Shown here piece after piece: positions 55,798 through 64,000 of a stretch of 64,000 nucleotides of DNA. The stretch covers positions 94,550,001 through 94,614,000 of the forward strand of contig OX597817.1 in assembly GCA_951406725.2 (NCBI GenBank), given 5' to 3'. The notes beneath the pieces were generated by a model that was not told where the DNA came from, did not search any database, and saw only the letters and a program-made list of their open reading frames with translations. The first letter of the stretch is position 1; every line of letters begins with the position of its first letter. The position numbers and the translations under genes are program-made. This stretch comes from Octopus vulgaris. Taxonomy: Eukaryota.

Positions 55798-56143
55798 GTA
55801 TATATAAAAATTAAAAATTAGTCTAATATAGCAGCATTTTCGAACTTCATTTTTTACAAATATATACCAACTCGTATACGAGCTAATCTTATTATAAATA
55901 TATATATATATATATATTTCGTTTTTGGATTTGGTTTGCAAGATTCTTTATACGAGTTCGTGTGTTGAAGCATAGTGTGTTGTGTCTGGGGAGAGTCATT
56001 TTCTTTTTGTGCCTTATAATGTAACACACTCACCGGTAAGACTATTGAGAAGGTTGCAAGACGCAACGATAATTTTAGGAAAATAAAAATAAGAAATAAG
56101 TGGAAATTTCACCGGTGAGTGTGTTACGTCTCCAGACACAACA

Positions 56144-56185
<42 letters not shown>

Positions 56186-56443
56186 ATCCACAAATATATA
56201 TTTGTACATATACATATATATATTTGTACATATACATATATTTATTATATATATATATATATATATATATAATAAATATTAGGGAATGAATCCAAAATTA
56301 CAGGGAAAAATCAGATTTAGGGTTAAATCCAATTTTATAGTAAAATATTATATAATATAATTCGAGATAAAACCACTATTTTAAAACCAAACAAGGAAAG
56401 ACTTAATCAATACATAAAATTTTAATATAAATTAAATAAACCG

Positions 56444-56487
56444 CCACTACAAATGTTTCATGTCTGCTACCGACAATCTTCAGGTGG
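56444..56487 (-). ncRNA. Hammerhead motif in downstream pLTR
   Basis: CCAC-CTGAAGA-tTGTC ggtagca GACAt-GAA-ACA tt TGT-A-GTGG, on the same strand as the RT ORF. Confidence 0.75.
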
Positions 56488-57471
56488 ATTTTCGATCTAA
56501 AAATAGCAATATTTTAAAATATAATTTAAAATAATTTAAAATAATAAAACAATAAAATTATCAATGAAAGAATGTAAAAAAATAAAAATATAATCTATAT
56601 ATAATCTATATATAATCAATATATAATCTAAAATAATCTAAAATAAACCCTATAAACAATTGAATATAAAAACCTATTATAAAAGTTCTCATATTTAAAA
56701 ATGTACAAAAACCAAAAAACAACAAGCAAAAAACAAAAACCAAAACCTAAAAACAAAAAACAAAAAACAAAAATAAACTATATATACACACACATGCTCA
56801 TACACTCAACACATTACTTATTCATACTTCCTCACACACACATACAACACTCAATTCATAAACAATATACATATACCCGCTCACACATACATATACATAC
56901 ACATACATACAGAACACGATATATACCAATATATAAACACCCACACCTATACAGATAAATAAATTACGCAAACAATCACACACACACACACACATTTTCA
57001 CACATACATAAACACTCAAAAGAAAACCGAACAATTCTTAGCACGTGGATATCAAACATTTAAAAAAAATTATGAATGGAAATGAAATCCATACATACAA
57101 GTATAAATATAACTATACAAACCCTAACACAATACACACAAATACACACACATATATACACACACCCACAAACATAACCATATACACACTCACACATACA
57201 TATACATACGTACAAGTCCCGATACAAACAAACTTTAATAAAACGACCATGAAAAACGAAAACTCATATATATTAATATATATATAAAAGAGTGTGTACA
57301 CGCAGACGGGTGCAATCACACGCACATTCAAAACTTACATATATATAAGTGCATAAATAATCACACCCAAATACATAGCACTCATACACTCCCACATCTA
57401 CACTTACACTTGTACACTCTCACACATACATACACACCCATACCTACATACAAAAATTCTTATTAAAATAA

Positions 57472-58153
57472 TCATGATAAATAAAATCCATACATACAAG
57501 TATAAATATAAAGATACAACCCATTCATATGTTGTGCGATTCTTAATTTTATTTTAGAGGAAGTAGACCCTATATAAACCGCTTTTGGGTAATTATTCTT
57601 CTTAAAGTTATTATCATGTAATGTAACTATACATTTATACACTACATCTTTAATATCACATTTATTATTTAATTTACATTTAGATTTATCTCTACAAGTA
57701 CAATTAATATATGTCTTATCCTTATTATTATTAACAAATAATTTATTTTTATAAAAATTATTCAGTTTAAATTTATTAAATGAAGAAATAATGTTACCTA
57801 CATTATTAGTGGTGGAATAACCTACTCCAAAATTATCACTAGAGAAAATATTTTTATATTTACGATTATCTCTAATAAATAGTTCTATAATATCTAAAAT
57901 CTCTTTGATAATATTCGTTTTTACCTGATCACCATAAGGAACTATTAACCAAATTTTATTCTTATTCACCTTATTATAATTGTCAGTATTATAATTATTA
58001 AATTTAGAATTCTTCATATTATTAAAATTATTATCAGAATTATATCTATATACAGCATTTAAGGAATTATTAATGTTATTAATTTTATCCATATTATTAT
58101 TATTATTATTATTCAATTTATTTTTATTTTTATTTTTATTATTCTTATTATTC

Positions 58154-58203
<50 letters not shown>

Positions 58204-59807
58204 TTTATTTTCATTTTTATTTTTATTTTTATTATTTTTATTATTATTTTTATTTTTAATTTTATAATTTCTAATATTTATACCACTAATACCAACAAAA
58301 TTATAATTATTATTATAATTATCTCGAAAATTATTTAAATCTATATCATCAATATTATAAAATTTAATATTCCTATTATAACCTGCCCCTCTAAGGGCCT
58401 CATTATAATAAGTGGCATGTCTATTAAAAATCTCTATATCATAAGAGAGTAATGAAATACGTTTACTTATATTATTAATCAACGAATTTTTAATAGAATT
58501 TGGGTGATTACTATTAACATTTATATACCTAAGGTTCTCATTAATTTTATGATATGGTTGTGTTTTACCTGTAATTAGATTAAAATTAACATCTAGATAA
58601 TTAACATTATAATTCTCCTTATATATAGTAATACTTAAACCATATCTTTTAAAGAAACTATATAGTTTTTTCTTATATACTTCTAGATTCCTTTTAGTAC
58701 AATTCTTTGTAATTAGTAGAAGATCATCTCTATATAAACCACCCTCTATCTTAAGATTTTCTAATTGGAGTTCAGATAAAAGATAAATACCTACTAAATC
58801 AGTAGCTTGTGCAGAATCGGGTGCTCCCATAGGTATATCAAAACAATCTCTAGTATCATTCCTAGCCCATAATTTATTTTTATATTTAATGAGCGATTTC
58901 CTAGCCATTTTAATTACATTAACTTCTTCACGTGACATTCCCACTTTATTCATTGCGAAAATAAGTGCTTTATTAAACACAATTTCATTAATAGAAGAAT
59001 AATAATTATCTATATCTATTTGAATAAATTTAAAACGATTTTTATCTTTAATATTATTAAACCATCTCAATGTATTGTTATTACTAAACCATAATTTTAA
59101 ATAATTAAGTTTATTTAATTTATTGATATATTTATCTAAAATAAATTTACTTAATTTACCTAAGTCAGATTTACATGGGCAAATTAATCTAACTTTAGGG
59201 TCTGAATAAAAATTATCTTTATGGTCTTTAAGAGTAATTCTGGGGTTCAAAGGTACATATGGTTCAGTTTTATTATCCAATTCATATTTTAACATTACTA
59301 ATTTAGAGGCCTTATTAATATTATAAAGTATATCATCTGGAACAATTTTATATTTTTTAATTATTTCTTTCCCTAAAAGTTTATCATATAAATTAACATC
59401 TAATTTATATAAATTCCTAGTTTTATCAGATTGTACTATAATACCATCCATATTTCTCATATCTTTAATTTTAATTGCTAGGTTTCTTAAATATTCATTA
59501 TTTCTATTTGGGTATTTATAGAATTCAATATTTTTACTATCTTCCATATATTATCTTCTAGTAATTGTAATTCTTTATTAAATGGAGGTTCCTTTCTAGA
59601 TTTAAATTTAGAGGTAAAATTATCATTCCTACTATCATTATCATTAAATAAATAAAAATTATAGTAATAAGCTTTCCATTTAATTCTAGAAATAAAATCT
59701 TTAACATTATTAATAAGTTTCAAAATAAATTCCTTTCTAGAAGGTATAGGAATATCTTTCAAAGATGAATCCCAAAACAGTGGTTCTATCTTACCTGTAA
59801 ATTCCAT
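57472..59807 (-). CDS. PLE polyprotein: reverse transcriptase plus partial GIY-YIG (one frameshift near 59531-59535)
   Basis: SLKDIPIPS..RIKWKA; SDKTRNLY; KVRLICPCKSDLG; IDIDNYYSSI; FDIPMGAPDS; LYRDDLL; NYLDVNF; SNHP; CTCRDKSKC; VVYKC..VYIGST. Confidence 0.85.
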
Positions 59808-60037
59808 AATTACGAAATTGAGGTATTACACTCAATATACAAAATTATCAATATATTAAATAATAATAAATATTAGGGAATGAATCCAAAATTACAGGGA
59901 AAAATCAGATTTAGGGTTAAATCCAATTTTATAGTAAAATATTATATAATATAATTCGAGACAAAACCACTATTTTAAAACCAAACAAGGAAAGACTTAA
60001 TCAATACATAAAATTTTAATATAAATTAAATAAACCG

Positions 60038-60081
60038 CCACTACAAATGTTTCATGTCTGCTACCGACAATCTTCAGGTGG
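60038..60081 (-). ncRNA. Hammerhead motif in upstream pLTR
   Basis: Identical to 56444-56487. Confidence 0.75.
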
Positions 60082-60577
60082 ATTTTCGATCTAAAAATAG
60101 CAATATTTTAAAATATAATTTAAAATAATTTAAAATAATAAAACAATAAAATTATCAATGAAAGAGTGTAAAAAAATAAAAATATAATCTATATATAATC
60201 TATATATAATCAATATATAATCTAAAATAATCTAAAATAAACCCTATAAACAATTGAATATAAAAACCTATTATAAAAGTTCTCATATTTAAAAATGTAC
60301 AAAAACCAAAAAACAACAAGCAAAAAACAAAAACCAAAACCTAAAAACAAAAATCAAAGAACAAAAAACAAAAAATAAACTATATATACACACACATGCT
60401 CATACACTCAACACATTACTTATTCATACTTCCTCACACACACATACAACACTCAATTCATAAACAATATACATATACCCGCTCACACATACATATACAT
60501 ACACATACATACAGAACACGATATATACCAATATATAAACACCCACACCCATACAGATAAATAAATTACGCAAACAA

Positions 60578-60609
<32 letters not shown>

Positions 60610-60698
60610 TTTCACACATACATAACCACTCAAAAGAAAACCGAACAATTCTTAGCACGTGGATATCAAACGTGTTGACCGCACGTGGAGAAATGATA

Positions 60699-61434
60699 AG
60701 TAAGGAAAATTTTTTTTAAAAATGCAGAATGCTCAAATGAAAGAAAATTTTAATAAAATGAGAAATTGATAAAATATATAAATATATATTTATTCAACCG
60801 GTTTTCGTCATTGTATGACTTGTCAAGAATATTTATGTTTTAAAAAGTTTTTTTTTAATTAGAAAGGGGAAAAAAAGAAAATTGCATTGTTTTTTGCAAA
60901 AGAATAATGATAAAAATGCACAAAAATAAAAAAATAAAAAAATAAGTACTCCGATACATTGTGAGTTCGTTGTGTATCTTGAGTTTTATGATTGTTCACG
61001 AAAAAATTACCTTGAGGTATTAAGATCCAAAGGGATTAAGAGCATGTGTTGTGTGGTTTAATTCAGCTGAATTAAACCACACAACACATGCTCTTAATCC
61101 CTTTGGATCTTAATACCTCAAGGTAATTTTTCGTGAACAATCATAAAACTCAAGATACACAACGAACTCACAATGTATCGGAGTACTTATTTTTTTATTT
61201 TTTTATTTTTGTGCATTTTTATCATTATTCTTTTGCAAAAAACAATGCAATTTTCTTTTTTTCCCCTTTCTAATTTTTAAAAAAACTTTTTAAAACATAA
61301 ATATTCTTGACAAGTCATACAATGACGAAAACCGGTTGAATAAATATATATTTATATATTTTATCAATTTCTCATTTTATTAAAATTTTCTTTCATTTGA
61401 GCATTCTGCATTTTTAAAAAAAATTTTCCTTACT
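60699..61434. repeat. ~735-bp spacerless palindrome (fold-back pLTR-like element)
   Basis: Centre attcag|ctgaat at 61046/61047, with near-identical arms. Carries a hammerhead-like motif in each arm. Confidence 0.85.
61302..61342 (+). ncRNA. Hammerhead-like motif with U3-A8 core and one extra A (mirror copy at 60791-60831, minus strand)
   Basis: TATTC-TTGACAA-GTCAT aca ATGAC-GAAa-ACCGGT-T-GAATA. Confidence 0.55.
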
Positions 61435-61821
61435 ATATATATATATACTTAGTATTAATAAAATAGATGGAAGGAGAAAAGATTTTATTGGGTACGACAC
61501 ATCTTTCGACTCGTTCTGGCTTTCTTCGGGTACATCAATAAAAAGTTTTACGAGAGATTTTCTGATTCGGTTTTACGTACCGCTATATGTCCATCAACTT
61601 CAAGAATAAGTATTAAAAAAAAAAATGAGAAAAACTGAAACGGAAAAACTTTAAATATGAACGTGAAAATTATACATTCTAGTTTAGAGAAAATGACGTA
61701 AAGACCCTTCACTACTGTAACTGTAAAGAGAAAGAAAAGAATGTAGAAGTTGAAAGAAAGATAATACTTAGACGAAAATCTTTTTGTGTTCGTGTTTAGA
61801 CGCACGTATACATACACAGAT

Positions 61822-61887
<66 letters not shown>

Positions 61888-62929
61888 TCGCGCTGACACA
61901 CGCACATCCAAGTATATGGATATATACATACAACTAGATACACGCTCATACGCTCATGTATGGAGAAATAAATACATATATATGCATAGGAACTCATATA
62001 TGTAGGTAGACACACGTATATATACATCAATATACGTACATAGCATAGATTAAGATGTGCACATATTCATGCGTAAAGCAAAATTACAGACGTCTATGCA
62101 AATTATGACACACACACACACGTGTTAGTACATACGCGTATACATATAAGTTAATATATACACGCATATACATACACATACACATGCACACATATATATA
62201 TATATAAAATATGTATGCATTTACACATATAAGCCTTCGTCCGCGTACATGTATACACAAATTCACACTAATATATACATACACCTACAAAAAATGCAAA
62301 TGCGCACAGATGAATATGTAGACATATATATATAAATCTATATATATGTACATATACACGCGCGCACACACACACACACACATACACGTACACATATATG
62401 CATATATTCACACATACACACACATACATATACATATATATATGTGCATACATATACAGATATATATATAATAATATGAATAATATATAAATATAAGCAT
62501 ATGTACATACATATATGTACATACCTACATATATATGTATATATACATGCATATATGGGTACAGGACATAAAAAAACGTAGACACAATGAGAAACGATAA
62601 CATAAAAAACAAAAATATAGAAAACGAAATTTTTTTCGAACAACGAAGAAACAGAGAACTGAGACTTGCAACATAAAGAAAATTCCCTTTATCAATTGTC
62701 CCTTTTTCATCTACTCCGCTTTACGAAGGTAAGGACAATACGCGACTTAGTTGAAACAATCTTTCCCGCAAAGCAAATTACATAAAATTTGGGATTTTTT
62801 TGCGGAGGATCAAAGTGGTAACAAAAACAGGACAGTGAGAACAAGACAGTAAAAACAAACGGTGAGGGCTATTAAGTCAAGACGATGTGAAAAATTATGA
62901 ACGCTAGAAAGACGAGTTATGAGAAGAGA

Positions 62930-63093
62930 GAGGTAAAAACACGTCTTGTCTTTACGAAGGAAATGGAAGAAAGAAAGATACATATATGGATCTAGATTGC
63001 AAGATAATATGTCAAATACAAGTTATTCAAATATGGTTCCTCAAGTTCATGTGTATTAAGAGTTGTGGGCGCCATGTATATATCAAGTTATGT

Positions 63094-63157
<64 letters not shown>

Positions 63158-64000
63158 CCCGCAAGTGAGAGATTCTCCGTATATAAGACACTTATTAGTG
63201 CTAAAAAGATTCAAACTTTCACTCCGAAGTCTTTACAGGGGATCGATTCCACAGGGTAAAGAGTCGCTACAAGAGGGATGAAGTTGAGCGGATGTAGAGG
63301 CAATTATGCGGATAAGCAAATTAGCTATATTAAATTGAATATAATAGTTTGGGCATGAAACACAAAATATGTATATATGTATATATGAAAAACAAGAGGA
63401 AGCAAGACAGAGACTTTCGGACGATGAGTATTTAAGTACAACTATTACTCTTTTATCTTTTACATGTTTCAGTCATTTGACTGTGGCCATGCTGGAGTAC
63501 CGCCTTTAGTTGAGCAAATCGACCCCAAGACTTATTCTTTGTAAGCCTAGTACTTATTCTATCGGTCTCTTTACCGAATCGCTAAGTTGCGGGGACCTAA
63601 ACACACCAACATCGGTTGTCAAGCGAATTTAGAGGACAAACACAGACACAAAAACATATACAGATATACATGCATATATATACATATATACGACGGGCTT
63701 CTTTCAGTTTCCGTCTACAAAATCCACTCACAAGGCTTTGGTCAGCCCGAGGCTATATTAGAAGACACTCGCCCAAAGTGCCACGCAGTGGGTTGAATCC
63801 GGAACCATGTCGTTTGTAAGCAAGCTACTTACCACACAGCCTCTTCTACGCCTTCATGGCGTCCACAACTCTTAATACACATGAACTAGAGGAACCATAT
63901 TTGAATAACTTGTATTTGACATATTATCTTGCAATCTAGATCCATAATTATCTTTCTTTCTTCCACTTCCTTCGTAAAAGGAAGACGTGCTTTTACCTCT
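62930..64000. repeat. Inverted repeat pair flanking a SINE
   Basis: About 62930-63076 is inverted at 63855-64000. A full tRNA-derived SINE lies on the minus strand at about 63446-63853. Confidence 0.75.

Larger units (their letters stand above)
56271..60671 (-). mobile_element. Near-complete Penelope-like element with direct pLTRs
   Basis: About 56271-57059 and 59865-60671 are near-identical direct repeats flanking the RT ORF. Confidence 0.9.

Noticed and set aside
57472-59547. Asn-rich AT-rich ORF as Plasmodium-like or organellar contamination
   Set aside because: It has PLE RT and GIY-YIG motifs, is flanked by hammerhead-bearing direct repeats, and is contiguous with host-type microsatellites.
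61492-61533. Hammerhead-like motif on the minus strand (GTAC-CCGAAGA...GAAA-gatgtGTC-GTAC)
   Set aside because: U4C with poor stems II and III; counted only as a decayed remnant.

Overview
AT-rich, microsatellite-saturated eukaryotic DNA made almost entirely of transposable elements. The repeat types suggest a cephalopod (Octopus-like) genome; this is inference. No host gene can be supported, and most ORFs in the six-frame track are translations of (TA)n, (TG)n, (TACA)n or (TAA)n repeats. Recognisable elements are Penelope-like elements (PLEs; one nearly intact RT/GIY-YIG copy with direct pLTRs), R4/Dong-type RLE LINE fragments sitting in microsatellites, Tx1/L1-type LINEs including ORF1-only derivatives, an RTE fragment, autonomous and non-autonomous Helitrons, a mariner and many tRNA-derived SINEs. 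The most notable layer is non-coding: about ten different hammerhead-ribozyme-like motifs read by eye. Several lie in a non-coding, head-to-tail ~450-490 nt retrozyme-like family. Three unrelated ones swap the C3-G8 core pair for another Watson-Crick pair (A3-U8, U3-A8). Two Tx1-like elements are inserted at the same nucleotide of the SINE head. All coordinates were read manually, and element boundaries are approximate unless stated as exact.
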